IMG/VR virus record: IMGVR_UViG_3300048598_000468
Location: 1 to 49,552 of that record
Source: a virus
Taxonomy: Duplodnaviria; Caudoviricetes
DNA length: 49,552 nucleotides
Reading direction: 5' to 3' (one strand)
Shown here: positions 25,041-33,475 of the stretch, one piece after another
How the letters are laid out: each line of letters begins with the position of its first letter
Numbering within the stretch: position 1 is the first letter of the stretch
Position numbers and translations under genes: made by a program
Notes under the pieces: generated by a model
The model's input: only the letters and a program-made list of their open reading frames with translations
Databases searched by the model: none
What the model was told of the DNA's origin: nothing

Positions 25041-25493
25041 CGCGAAGAACTCGGGCAGCGGGCGATCAAGCCGAAGCTCGGCGGCCGAGATCAGGCCCTG
25101 GTCCCACCGCACCTCGAGAATCTTCTTGATGGTGTTGTGGGCCTCGTCGCTGAGGGCCTGCCAGTTGGTTGGGTCCCAGAAGAGCTTCTTGTCGCCGCGA
25201 TGCGGAATGATGTGATCGACCAGCGTCGCCGCCCGGATGATCCCGTTGGCTTTCGAGGCGACGCAGAGCGGATGCTTGTCGAGATAGCCTCGGCTCGTCT
25301 TTTGCCACCGGCTGTCATAGCCGCGCTCATGGGCCGTTCCGCGCCGCTTGTCCCTTTCGTAGGTCGCCGGCCGCAGCAGGCCAGCCTTTCGGAGACCTGC
25401 GAACGGGGAATAGCGCGGCGGAGCATCAGGCAGCGGGCTTCTCCGCGGGCTCCAGGAGGCTGGCAATGAGACGGTCATAGTCGGCTTCGACAC
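25020..25493 (-). CDS. HNH endonuclease (HK97 gp74-like terminase cofactor)
   Basis: AHERGYDSRW, HPLC, VDHIIPHRGD..LFWD..NWQAL....HN; start uncertain. Confidence 0.9.
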   Translation of the reverse strand: MSKPTMTVSLPASWSPRRSPLPDAPPRYSPFAGLRKAGLLRPATYERDKRRGTAHERGYDSRWQKTSRGYLDKHPLCVASKANGIIRAATLVDHIIPHRGDKKLFWDPTNWQALSDEAHNTIKKILEVRWDQGLISAAELRLDRPLPEFFALPPGGV

Positions 25494-25620
25494 CCAATCG
25501 CTTCGCGATCACACGGGCACCAGCGCCATGGGCAAGCAGGATCTGACAATCCTCGAGGACGGCGCGAACCACTCCGGAATTGCAGGTCAGCTTCATGTTC
25601 AACTCGGCCAACTCAGCCAT
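25426..25620 (-). CDS. Small hypothetical protein at head of late operon
   Basis: MAELAELNMKL..., G-rich RBS; overlaps the HNH start region. Confidence 0.45.
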   Translation of the reverse strand: MAELAELNMKLTCNSGVVRAVLEDCQILLAHGAGARVIAKRLGVEADYDRLIASLLEPAEKPAA

Positions 25621-25632
25621 GACCGCCCCCGG

Positions 25633-25720
25633 AAATGCAAAAGCCCGGCAGGGTGATTCCCTCCGGGCCATGATTCGTAATCTGGGAAAATGTATGTCTT
25701 AACTGCACTGCACGGGTCAA
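25633..25720 (-). promoter_or_regulatory. Putative late promoter followed by terminator (pR'/tR'-like)
   Basis: Minus strand TTGACC...CATACATT, then GCCCGGAGGG aatca CCCTGCCGGGC TTTTGCATTT ahead of the packaging genes. Confidence 0.5.
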
Positions 25721-25861
25721 TGCACTTTCGACCGCACGGCGGTGATCGCAGTCTCGTTAGGTTTTCGCTGAGTCAATTTAGTCACAATTGCCATTCTAGC
25801 TCGATCAGCTAGGCCCCAAGCAAACCCCACGCCCAAGGCCACGAATGCGATCTCTAGCCAT

Positions 25862-26251
25862 TCAGCCATTGTCGCTCCCTCTCTCGATCAACGCCTGCGC
25901 CTCCGCGCTCGGCCGCCAGTGATCGTCGGCGGCGGCAGGGGCCTCACCCGCGCCCGTCATGCGCACCATCTGCTTCTTGCCGCGCGTGGCCAGCACCCCA
26001 GCGCCGAGGATCACGGCCCCGATCGCCCAGATCACGAAGATCTCGTTCAGCCTCGTGTTGGCGACCGCATTGATGCCGAGCTGCGCGAAGCCGTTGTCGC
26101 GATACTGGCCGCGAACATGCTCGACGCGCGAGAACAGCATGGCGAGCTCGGCCAGCATCCATAGATTGAACAGGATGAAGCCCCACTTGAGCAGCTTGCC
26201 GAAGCCAGACCGGGGCCTGCGGCGCTCCTCCCAGATCTCCTCCTGCGTCAT
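25862..26251 (-). CDS. Two-TM membrane protein
   Basis: LLKWGFILFNLWMLA and IFVIWAIGAVILGAGVLA; GAGG RBS. Confidence 0.75.
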   Translation of the reverse strand: MTQEEIWEERRRPRSGFGKLLKWGFILFNLWMLAELAMLFSRVEHVRGQYRDNGFAQLGINAVANTRLNEIFVIWAIGAVILGAGVLATRGKKQMVRMTGAGEAPAAADDHWRPSAEAQALIERGSDNG

Positions 26252-26604
26252 CGCCAAGACGTCCTCTCGCTATCGAACGGAATGAACGCTGAGACGCGCT
26301 TCAACTCTCTTGGATGCTCGCTAGTCACGAGCGCCCAAAAGGTCATGGAATCGCCATCGCGAAACCCTCGCAGGCGCATGCATTCGAACTCTAGACTGGT
26401 TTGCACTGCACGTGGATGTTCCGGTGGCCCTGCGGACCATACCGCGCATGCATCGCGCCCGAGCCGATATTCCAATCTGGCACCGTCGTGGATTTGCTCG
26501 ATCGGCACTTCGCACGAGCCCAACACCTCCTGCGTCGCCGTATGCAGAACCGGCAGCCTCGTCATTCCTGGCCGTGCCATCACTTCCTCCACCTCTCCGG
26601 CCAT
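26248..26604 (-). CDS. Hypothetical protein
   Basis: Coupled to both neighbours; true start may be ATG 26580 after GGAGG. Confidence 0.55.
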   Translation of the reverse strand: MAGEVEEVMARPGMTRLPVLHTATQEVLGSCEVPIEQIHDGARLEYRLGRDACAVWSAGPPEHPRAVQTSLEFECMRLRGFRDGDSMTFWALVTSEHPRELKRVSAFIPFDSERTSWR

Positions 26605-26807
26605 TCGTCAGGCCCGACTTGCTCAAGAAACTCTGCAAGCGCGACTAACTCTTCAGGCGGGTCTCCGGTGCGCGCCCAAATGCGATGCAGCGTCGAGGGG
26701 CTACGATTCAACGCGCGCGCGAGATGTGCGGTTGTTCCGTGGCCCCCGAGTAGAGCCTCAAAACGCGCCTCGAGCACGCGACCGGGAGAGGGTTTCCTAG
26801 GTGCCAT
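26580..26807 (-). CDS. Small HTH DNA-binding protein
   Basis: TTAHLARALNRSPSTLHRIW helix-turn-helix, 75 aa. Confidence 0.7.
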   Translation of the reverse strand: MAPRKPSPGRVLEARFEALLGGHGTTAHLARALNRSPSTLHRIWARTGDPPEELVALAEFLEQVGPDEWPERWRK

Positions 26808-26872
26808 GTTGCCAAAAGAGCGCAATTCGCACCGTATTTCAATAAAAAAGATGCGGATTGCACCGGTATCTC

Positions 26873-26901
26873 TCGACATTCAGTGCTATTTGCACTATTA
26901 T
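26873..26901 (+). promoter_or_regulatory. sigma70 promoter with palindromic operator in the spacer
   Basis: TCGACA-N17-TATTAT; AGTGC tattt GCACT at 26882-26896. Confidence 0.65.
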
Positions 26902-26997
26902 GGTTAGTGTTATCCACCAAAAGAATAGCCCGGCAGCGCGTGGAGGCGCTGCCGGGCCGGTGTCTGAACCCAAACTGGTAAGGAAAGGATCTTTGAC

Positions 26998-28275
26998 ATG
27001 CATACGCATAGCACACCCGCGGCCGCGCGACAAACCTGGCGCGTGCCGCTCTGGGCCTGGGCTCCGATCGCGCTCGCGGTCGTCGCCGAGGCCTCCGTCA
27101 ACGCGCTGCGCGCCTATGGCCTCGGACAGAAGCTCGAGCACTTCACGATCGAGGTGAGCCTCCTCGGCTTTACGCACACGGTCTCCATCCTCGGCGCCGT
27201 GCTCGTGCTGGCGGCCATCGCGATCTCGCTGTCTCAGGCCCGCGCGGCCTGGGTGGCGTTCAAGCCGGGTGCTCTTGCCCGCCAGCGCACGCTCGCGGCG
27301 CCGGTCGCTCTGCTCCTGCTCGCCGTCTCGGTCTCGGCACTGTCGCTGACGCTTCTCGAAGCCCAGCGCGGCAAGACCGGCGACGAGGGCGGCCAGCGCA
27401 CCGCCTACGACATCGCCAAGGCCGACTACGACAAGGCGGCCGACGAACTGAAGCGGCTCGAAGGTGCCCGCACTCCGGCCGAGGTTCAAGCGGCCATGAG
27501 CGTGGCGCCGGTCGACCGCACGGTGTTCCGCCGCACGAAGGAGTGCAACGACGTCACCCGGCAGGACAGCTTCGAGGCGTGCAAGCCGATCCTCGAGCTG
27601 CGGCAGGAGATGGCCGGCGCGATCCGCAAGATCGAGCTGGAGCAGAAGCTGCCCGGCCTCAAGACGACGCTGGACGCCCTGCCCCGTCCCGCCGAGCCGT
27701 CAGCATTCGAGTTGCTGATGGGCAGCGTGTGGGGCTGGATCATGGGCCTCGCCGTCGTGCTGGTTGCCACGTTTGGCGCACCGTTGTTCGCGGTGCCCGT
27801 CGAGAGCAAGGCTGCAACTGGCGCAACCGTTGCCACCGAGCCGCGCCAGCCCACGGCGAGCGAGACGGCGCAGACCTCGTTCCACGCCGACGACCTCGCC
27901 GCAACCCGTGCAACCGTGATCGGCACGCCCCACAGTGTGCTTCCCTTCGCCCGACGCAACGGGCGCAACCGGGACAACGGTCGCAACTCGGGCAACGGCG
28001 GCAACCCGGGCAACCGTCCGCGGAAGCCCACTCCCGACAACTCAGGCAACGCGGGGCCTTACACCGGCCGCGTGTTCTCGCGGACGGAAGCGGAGCGGGA
28101 CATCGTCACCATGCTGGCCAGCGGCGCAACCGTTGCCTCGCAGGACGACCTCGCGGAGCGCTGGTCGGTCGACAAGGGGACGGTGAGCCGCTGGCTGAAG
28201 CACATGCGCGAGCAGGGACTCGTCCCCGCCGCCCAGCGCGTCGGCCGCTGCCATCGTCTCGTGGCGGCGGAGTAG
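26998..28275 (+). CDS. Membrane-anchored coiled-coil protein with C-terminal HTH
   Basis: Three N-terminal TMs, coiled coil with Cys pair, fourth TM, Asn/Gly linker, SQDDLAERWSVDKGTVSRWL HTH; AAGGAAAGGA RBS. Confidence 0.85.
   Translation: MHTHSTPAAARQTWRVPLWAWAPIALAVVAEASVNALRAYGLGQKLEHFTIEVSLLGFTHTVSILGAVLVLAAIAISLSQARAAWVAFKPGALARQRTLAAPVALLLLAVSVSALSLTLLEAQRGKTGDEGGQRTAYDIAKADYDKAADELKRLEGARTPAEVQAAMSVAPVDRTVFRRTKECNDVTRQDSFEACKPILELRQEMAGAIRKIELEQKLPGLKTTLDALPRPAEPSAFELLMGSVWGWIMGLAVVLVATFGAPLFAVPVESKAATGATVATEPRQPTASETAQTSFHADDLAATRATVIGTPHSVLPFARRNGRNRDNGRNSGNGGNPGNRPRKPTPDNSGNAGPYTGRVFSRTEAERDIVTMLASGATVASQDDLAERWSVDKGTVSRWLKHMREQGLVPAAQRVGRCHRLVAAE
27956..28014 (+). repeat. Seven (G/A)CAAC units at 9-nt period
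   Basis: Units start at 27956, 27965, 27974, 27983, 27992, 28001, 28010. Confidence 0.85.
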
Positions 28276-28323
28276 TCAAGCATTCCTTGACCACTGAACC
28301 TGTAAGAACGGCTTACAAGTTCG

Positions 28324-28358
28324 AACCCCGGGGCTTCACCGCTCCGGGGTTTTTCTTT
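28324..28358 (+). terminator. Intrinsic terminator
   Basis: AACCCCGGGGC ttcacc GCTCCGGGGTT TTTTCTTT. Confidence 0.8.
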
Positions 28359-28408
28359 GTCATTGTAGGAGCTACCATACCATATTGACACCGCAGACGG
28401 GCAGCGAC

Positions 28409-28642
28409 ATGCCGAAACTCATCAACTATCTGAGCCGAGTCTCCCCTGCGCGGTACTTTGATGATTACGAGATCGCGGAGCTCCAGCGTGTCTATGACCG
28501 TGCCCGCGAGTTGCTGAAGATCGACATCACCGATCCCCGAAGGGAACGCCTTGCCATCCTGATCTTTCAGGAGGCCGCCAGCACAAAGGATTCCAACGAA
28601 ATCTTGAGCAGGGTCATCGCCCGGTTCGCTCGCCTGGATTGA
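28409..28642 (+). CDS. Small hypothetical protein
   Basis: 77-aa helical ORF MPKLINYL...RERLAILIF. Confidence 0.6.
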   Translation: MPKLINYLSRVSPARYFDDYEIAELQRVYDRARELLKIDITDPRRERLAILIFQEAASTKDSNEILSRVIARFARLD

Positions 28643-28772
28643 CGAGCCGGCCGTGCCGGCGTGGACGATTTGCCTTTGACGCACAAATCGCCCGAAAACT
28701 TAAAGCGTGCCCAGCGCGGGCGCAAAGCGGACACCCTGGTTTACCCGGGGGGGGTCTTTTTTGGCTGCCGTC

Positions 28773-29441
28773 TCACCCGCCCACGCCGAGCATATCGCGC
28801 TTCTCCACACCGCTCTGCACGATCCGCATCCGCTCGGCGTCGTAGGTGCGCACCAGGCTGTAGGCGGCATCGGGGCTCCCGTTCAGCCACGTCTCCCACT
28901 CCGCGGGCTCGGAGAGCAGCACCGGCATGCGGTCGTGCATGATGGTGGCGGTCAGCGCGTTCGGCGTCGTCGTCATGAAGGCGAAAACGTCGACCTCGAC
29001 CGTCGGCCCATCCTTTTTCATCGGCCCCTTGTAGCGCTTCCAAATGCCGGGGAAGGCAAACAGAGGGCGCTCCTCGGTTTCATCCTTAAGCGCGAACCAA
29101 TGCCAGCCCGCGGGTGAATTCGAATCCGGCTCGCAATAGCTCGACGCCGGCACCAGGCACCGCCGCGCTTCGAAGCTCGGGCGCCAGAACGGGCTCGTCA
29201 GCACCGTGTCATCCCGCACGTTGGTCACGGGTTTCGGCGCATAGCCCTTCTTGAGCAGCGGGAACCCCCACGTGGCGGGCACCATCTCGCGCTCGCCGTC
29301 CGAGGCAAGGCGCACGACCGGCGCCACCGACCGAGGAAAAATCGCGGGCATGGGCTCAAACGCATAGGCGCGGTTGTCCGAGACGCGAAACAGCGCGGTG
29401 ACTGCCTCCCGGCGGCGGGTGTTGCTGTAGAGGTTGCACAT
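28773..29441 (-). CDS. SOS response-associated peptidase (SRAP/YedK-like)
   Basis: MCNLY start (Cys2), WG, RRCLVPASSYCE, FAFPGIW, HDRMPVLL. Confidence 0.92.
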   Translation of the reverse strand: MCNLYSNTRRREAVTALFRVSDNRAYAFEPMPAIFPRSVAPVVRLASDGEREMVPATWGFPLLKKGYAPKPVTNVRDDTVLTSPFWRPSFEARRCLVPASSYCEPDSNSPAGWHWFALKDETEERPLFAFPGIWKRYKGPMKKDGPTVEVDVFAFMTTTPNALTATIMHDRMPVLLSEPAEWETWLNGSPDAAYSLVRTYDAERMRIVQSGVEKRDMLGVGG

Positions 29442-29924
29442 GGCGTTAAAATCAATGGTCCCAAGCACGGGGTGGAAGTGTTGATCGAAATTAGCCCCGA
29501 AAACCCTGCCGTCCAGTTCATTGCTGATCTCGCAGGGCCACACCTCGCGCCCCGTCCACCGCGTCGGCTCGGAAATGCCGCTGAGGTTGGCGGGCCAGCC
29601 AGCGTTGTTGAGCTGTGTCGTGGCGCCGAGATGCCCGCAGCGGGTGCAGCGCGCAGCCCTGCGCAGGCGCTCGAGCGTCGCGTCGGGCCCCCACCTGACG
29701 ATCAGCGGCGTCAACGGGAACGCCGCGAAATGACCGCATCCTGGCCGCGCGCAGTTGACGTAGATCCAGAGGAAATCGTCGCGTGTTTTCGACAGCGGAC
29801 CGGGCCTCTCCGGCGGCGCACGACGTGCGATGCGATTCCGCCGCTCGAACTCCTCCCGCCGCGCTTGGACCTCTGCCGGAGTGAGGGATTCGAGGTCCCG
29901 GCCGCTCGGAACGCGCTCCGGCAC
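29442..29924 (-). CDS. Zn-ribbon domain ORF, in frame with SRAP (no intervening stop)
   Basis: VNCARPGCGH...RCTRCGHLG; GTG start after GAGG. Confidence 0.65.
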
Positions 29925-29930
29925 AGCGGC

Positions 29931-30122
29931 TCACCCCTCGCACGCGCCGTTGGCGCAGCGGGCGGGCGGCTGCCTCAGCCCCGGCAGCCGGTCTCCCTCA
30001 TAGCGGGCCACCAGATCGGTCGCCGCCAGCACGGCGCGCGTGAGGCGGCCGACGTCGGCAACGACGCCTTGCCGCTCCAGCTCGTCAAAAAGGGCTGCGT
30101 GGGTCCTCTCGAATTTGCTCAT
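29931..30122 (-). CDS. Small protein, first gene of LexA-box operon
   Basis: AAGGGAG RBS; MSKFERTHAALFDELERQG..., 63 aa. Confidence 0.65.
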   Translation of the reverse strand: MSKFERTHAALFDELERQGVVADVGRLTRAVLAATDLVARYEGDRLPGLRQPPARCANGACEG

Positions 30123-30166
30123 GGCGGGCTCCCTTTGCTGGGTTTCCCGCCTCGATAGCACGATAA

Positions 30167-30181
30167 GAACAAAAAGGGAAC
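30167..30181. promoter_or_regulatory. Alphaproteobacterial LexA (SOS) box
   Basis: GAAC-AAAAAGG-GAAC matches GAAC-N7-GAAC, about 45 nt upstream of the SRAP operon. Confidence 0.85.
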
Positions 30182-30184
30182 GCG

Positions 30185-31279
30185 TTAGTGCAAGGCGGGC
30201 GCCACGTAACCGTTCCACCTCTCCGCAAATCGCCCAAACACTTCGCTTCCTGTCACGGATTGGAGAGCGCGCAGTTGCGCGATATGGAGTGCGTGATACC
30301 GAGCGGCGAGCCTCGGAGGAAGCGGTTGCAGGTAAGGTTTCTGCGAGGTGATGTAACTGAGGTCGTATGCCGAAAATGTTCCGATATCAAAATACGGAAG
30401 GAGTTTTTCGAGCGTGGCCACGCCTCGTTGAAAGTAATCTTCAGCGATCGCTGAGTTGGCGATTTTCCACCAGTCGTACAGTCCAAGGAGCGTAAAAATG
30501 TACCCGTTCAATGTATAAACATGAGGGTCCGCGATGTATTCCTCAAAATATACGTAGTGTGAGAGCGATGGATCTAGATCGCGCAGATCGGAGCGCGGAC
30601 CATTGGGAAACGGCTGGAGCAAAAATTCCAATGCCTTGTTTCCTTTTTTCAGGAACACTTTTTCCTTCGTGACCGCATACGCCCTTGCATAGACGCTGAG
30701 AGCTAGCCCCTGGTCCATTCCAGAGAACCAACCGGGAGCATAGTCTCGCGGCTCTGAGTAATGCCGCCACGCATAGCCATAAGTCAGCGCACCGTTCTTT
30801 CTTTGAATTTCCTGCAACTTTTTCGCGGCCTTCACAAACTGAGGCGTGTCGTTTCTGCCGTGCATAGCCAATGCGTACTGAGCAATCATGCCGGGAGTGT
30901 AGAAGAATTTATCCTCATTCTGCGCCTTCTGCATTGGAAGACCTTCGGCATCAAAGCGAAGGAAAGCGCTTTCGCGAAAATTGTAGGTCTGCCCATAGTT
31001 GAGATAGTTGTTTCCCGCCTCGTACTTCTGTGATCGCAGGCTCGCATCGTACCGCCCATCACGGTAACGCTTTGCTTCCGCCGTCCCGAGGGTCTTGAGT
31101 TTTTGCGAGACCACATGAGGTGGCCAGTGCTCGACTGTGCGTGCCTTATAGAGGTACGCCAGCGCTCCACAAAGAACGAGCGCACTTCCTCCGATTGAAA
31201 GGAACGCCCAGCGCTTCAAAGTCATACCGACAACCCCCGTAGCCAAGACATCGTATGGAATCGTAACCGACTGTTTCAC
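30185..31279 (-). CDS. D-glucuronyl C5-epimerase-like protein with N-terminal signal/anchor (moron)
   Basis: IAQYAL, WFSGMDQGLALS, FEEY, TLNGYIFTLLGLYD, LPYFD....AYDL, YHALHIAQL; lower GC; start may be ATG 31225. Confidence 0.85.
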   Translation of the reverse strand: MKQSVTIPYDVLATGVVGMTLKRWAFLSIGGSALVLCGALAYLYKARTVEHWPPHVVSQKLKTLGTAEAKRYRDGRYDASLRSQKYEAGNNYLNYGQTYNFRESAFLRFDAEGLPMQKAQNEDKFFYTPGMIAQYALAMHGRNDTPQFVKAAKKLQEIQRKNGALTYGYAWRHYSEPRDYAPGWFSGMDQGLALSVYARAYAVTKEKVFLKKGNKALEFLLQPFPNGPRSDLRDLDPSLSHYVYFEEYIADPHVYTLNGYIFTLLGLYDWWKIANSAIAEDYFQRGVATLEKLLPYFDIGTFSAYDLSYITSQKPYLQPLPPRLAARYHALHIAQLRALQSVTGSEVFGRFAERWNGYVAPALH

Positions 31280-31382
31280 GGAGGGGAACCGGCATTCGCA
31301 CCTCTCCCCAACGCTTGACCGGCAGCAACGCAGCAGAGGTTCACAACGCTCAGCGCGATGCCCTTTGCCCGCTCGCGACGCC

Positions 31383-31616
31383 TTATTGCAGCTTCACCCC
31401 GATAGCCCTCTGCTGCTCGATCTCGTCGTCGAGCGTGCGGGGCAGGTTCTCATCCGCGATCACGCGCTGCAACTTGATCTCGATGCCAACGACGACGGAC
31501 CAGCTCGGCCCGCGCTCCATGATCACACCGAGGTCTTCGAACTCTTCGAATTCCACGGCCTGCGCCGTCGTCCCCTCGCGGGTGCGGTAGGTGATGGTGG
31601 CAAGCCAGCGTTTCAC
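31383..31616 (-). CDS. Hypothetical phage protein
   Basis: GTG start coupled to upstream stop; RWLATITYRT...EEFEDLG.IMERGPSW. Confidence 0.65.
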   Translation of the reverse strand: MKRWLATITYRTREGTTAQAVEFEEFEDLGVIMERGPSWSVVVGIEIKLQRVIADENLPRTLDDEIEQQRAIGVKLQ

Positions 31617-31792
31617 AGCAGCCCCGCTCCACTGACGATCAGATCCCACCGGCCGATTCCTATTCCGCAGATCCACCGGTTGCCGCGGATCACGGTCCGA
31701 TATGCGACGAACCGGCCGGGCTCTGGCCGCCACCAAATGCCGATCACAAAGTTGCCTATCCACACTCGCCATTTGGGGCCCGCTCGCCTCAC
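31613..31792 (-). CDS. Small Trp/Arg-rich hypothetical protein (59 aa)
   Basis: Fills the gap exactly, GTGA overlaps at both ends. Confidence 0.5.
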   Translation of the reverse strand: MRRAGPKWRVWIGNFVIGIWWRPEPGRFVAYRTVIRGNRWICGIGIGRWDLIVSGAGLL

Positions 31793-32301
31793 AGCAGCAC
31801 CCCCTGCTCAGTCGCGCGCGAAGGCGTGGGGGCATCCGAAGCGCCGGGCGAAAGACGTCGCATCCACCGCGCGGGCGGCTCCGGCGCGCCGCCGTCCTTC
31901 GGCTTCCACCGGAAGAAGCCCAGCGCGCCGACGGAGGGAATGAACGCGCACGCCTCCGGCGCCTTGAGCACCAGACCGCGCGGCCCGAAAAACCACGGGC
32001 TCTCGCTCGCCCGCACGATGTCGGTCACGCGCACGCTGCCGATGATGCCGCCGCGCAGCAGCTCCCGCGCCGGAGGACACACGACGCCGAGTGTGACCAT
32101 GAAGTTGGCCGCATGCAGGTACTCATCCTGCGTCATGCCCTTCGCGGCGTGGATGGCGATGCGGCGGCCGGCGACCATCGATCCCTTGCCGACGGCGGCG
32201 CTCGACCGGTTCTCGATGTCTTTGAGCGGATCGGCATGGATGATCGCCCACGCCCACGGCTGCCGCACCGAGAGCGCGATGTCGGGGATTTCAACGTTCA
32301 T
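31789..32301 (-). CDS. ASCH-domain protein
   Basis: ALSVRQPWAWAII...KDIENRS...IAIHAAK...GGIIGSV. Confidence 0.85.
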   Translation of the reverse strand: MNVEIPDIALSVRQPWAWAIIHADPLKDIENRSSAAVGKGSMVAGRRIAIHAAKGMTQDEYLHAANFMVTLGVVCPPARELLRGGIIGSVRVTDIVRASESPWFFGPRGLVLKAPEACAFIPSVGALGFFRWKPKDGGAPEPPARWMRRLSPGASDAPTPSRATEQGVLL

Positions 32302-32498
32302 CGCTTCTCCCCCCTGCCGGCAGCGCACCAGCCGCAATAGAGGCCAACGGCGAGCAGCCACAACTGCTCCGCTGCAATGCCCCAAAACGAGACCCACAAT
32401 TTTGGATCGCCTCCGAGGAACGCCCACAGGCGCACTGCGGACATGACTTGCATGTAAACGAACACCGCGAGCGCAACCCCGATCCAGAACTTCATCAC
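32298..32498 (-). CDS. Small membrane protein
   Basis: Hydrophobic 66 aa, coupled to neighbours. Confidence 0.5.
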   Translation of the reverse strand: MMKFWIGVALAVFVYMQVMSAVRLWAFLGGDPKLWVSFWGIAAEQLWLLAVGLYCGWCAAGRGEKR

Positions 32499-32713
32499 CG
32501 CACCGCCCTTCTCTCGCGAATGTCGATCTCGAAAAGCCCATCGTCGTGGTTCACCGTCACCACGCAGGTGAGGTCCGGGCGCAAGGATGCGAGCGACGCG
32601 CAGGCCGCCTTCCGGATGGCCGGGAGCGTGCGCGCGCCAGATGCCAGCACGTCACCCGCGATCGTGTCGCAAAGCCCTTGGAGCACCCGCAGATCAGTGG
32701 GGATGCCGCCCAT
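32495..32713 (-). CDS. Small hypothetical protein
   Basis: MGGIPTDLRVL..., TGATG coupling. Confidence 0.5.
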   Translation of the reverse strand: MGGIPTDLRVLQGLCDTIAGDVLASGARTLPAIRKAACASLASLRPDLTCVVTVNHDDGLFEIDIRERRAVR

Positions 32714-32967
32714 CACCGCCATCCCTCCACCCAGCGCCAATAGGCCTCTAAGTATCCTCCGACAGCCATCGGCGTCAGAACCATGAGGATGCGAGAAAGC
32801 GTAATCACGACGTGACACTTCAGTGCGACGCCGAGATCGTAAAAGGCCAGCTCTCCGGCCTGGAACGCGGTTGCCGCACGCCACAACGCCGAGCAGCCGA
32901 GGCCGATGGCCATCACAACGACAAGACTGAGCAGCGTCACCCAAAACTTGATCAGTAACTCTGCCAT
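32713..32967 (-). CDS. Small membrane protein
   Basis: GGAGTGAGGGG RBS; hydrophobic N-terminus. Confidence 0.55.
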   Translation of the reverse strand: MAELLIKFWVTLLSLVVVMAIGLGCSALWRAATAFQAGELAFYDLGVALKCHVVITLSRILMVLTPMAVGGYLEAYWRWVEGWR

Positions 32968-32971
32968 CCCC

Positions 32972-33157
32972 TCACTCCGTTGCTTCGTTGCGCGAGCTGC
33001 GCATGTGCTGGTGACCGTGCACATCCGTCCAAATCACGATGACGTCGGAAATCTCGCTTCCATCATCGGCCGTGCTCATGGCCAAGAGCTCACGCAAGAG
33101 GCGCTCGGACGGCGTCAATCTCACAGCCGGAACTGCTGCAATCTTTTGCTTTGCCAT
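32972..33157 (-). CDS. Small hypothetical protein
   Basis: MAKQKIAAV..., RBS within boundary repeat. Confidence 0.55.
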   Translation of the reverse strand: MAKQKIAAVPAVRLTPSERLLRELLAMSTADDGSEISDVIVIWTDVHGHQHMRSSRNEATE

Positions 33158-33162
33158 CGCCC

Positions 33163-33471
33163 TCACTCCTCGCCCGGCAATTTGGTCCACGGAACGGGCT
33201 CGCACGTTATCCCCGCGAGGGCGAGTTCGCCCTCGATCTCCGCCACGCGCTCCTTTGCGACTGCAATGATCGCGGTGAGCAGGGCTCTCTCGCTCGGCCG
33301 GTTTGCCCGAAGCTGATTGACAAAGGCGGGCTCGCCGAGGGTCGCAGCCTGGGAGGTCAGCAGCCTGTGCGCCGCTGCTTCGCCCGCAACGATCAATTCC
33401 GCGCGCGACCGAAGCAGGCGCGTCGCTCTGGTCCACCGCATACCGCCGCAGATCACATCGAAATGCGCCAT
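33163..33471 (-). CDS. Hypothetical protein
   Basis: MAHFDVICGG..., RBS within boundary repeat. Confidence 0.55.
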   Translation of the reverse strand: MAHFDVICGGMRWTRATRLLRSRAELIVAGEAAAHRLLTSQAATLGEPAFVNQLRANRPSERALLTAIIAVAKERVAEIEGELALAGITCEPVPWTKLPGEE

Positions 33472-33475
33472 CCCC

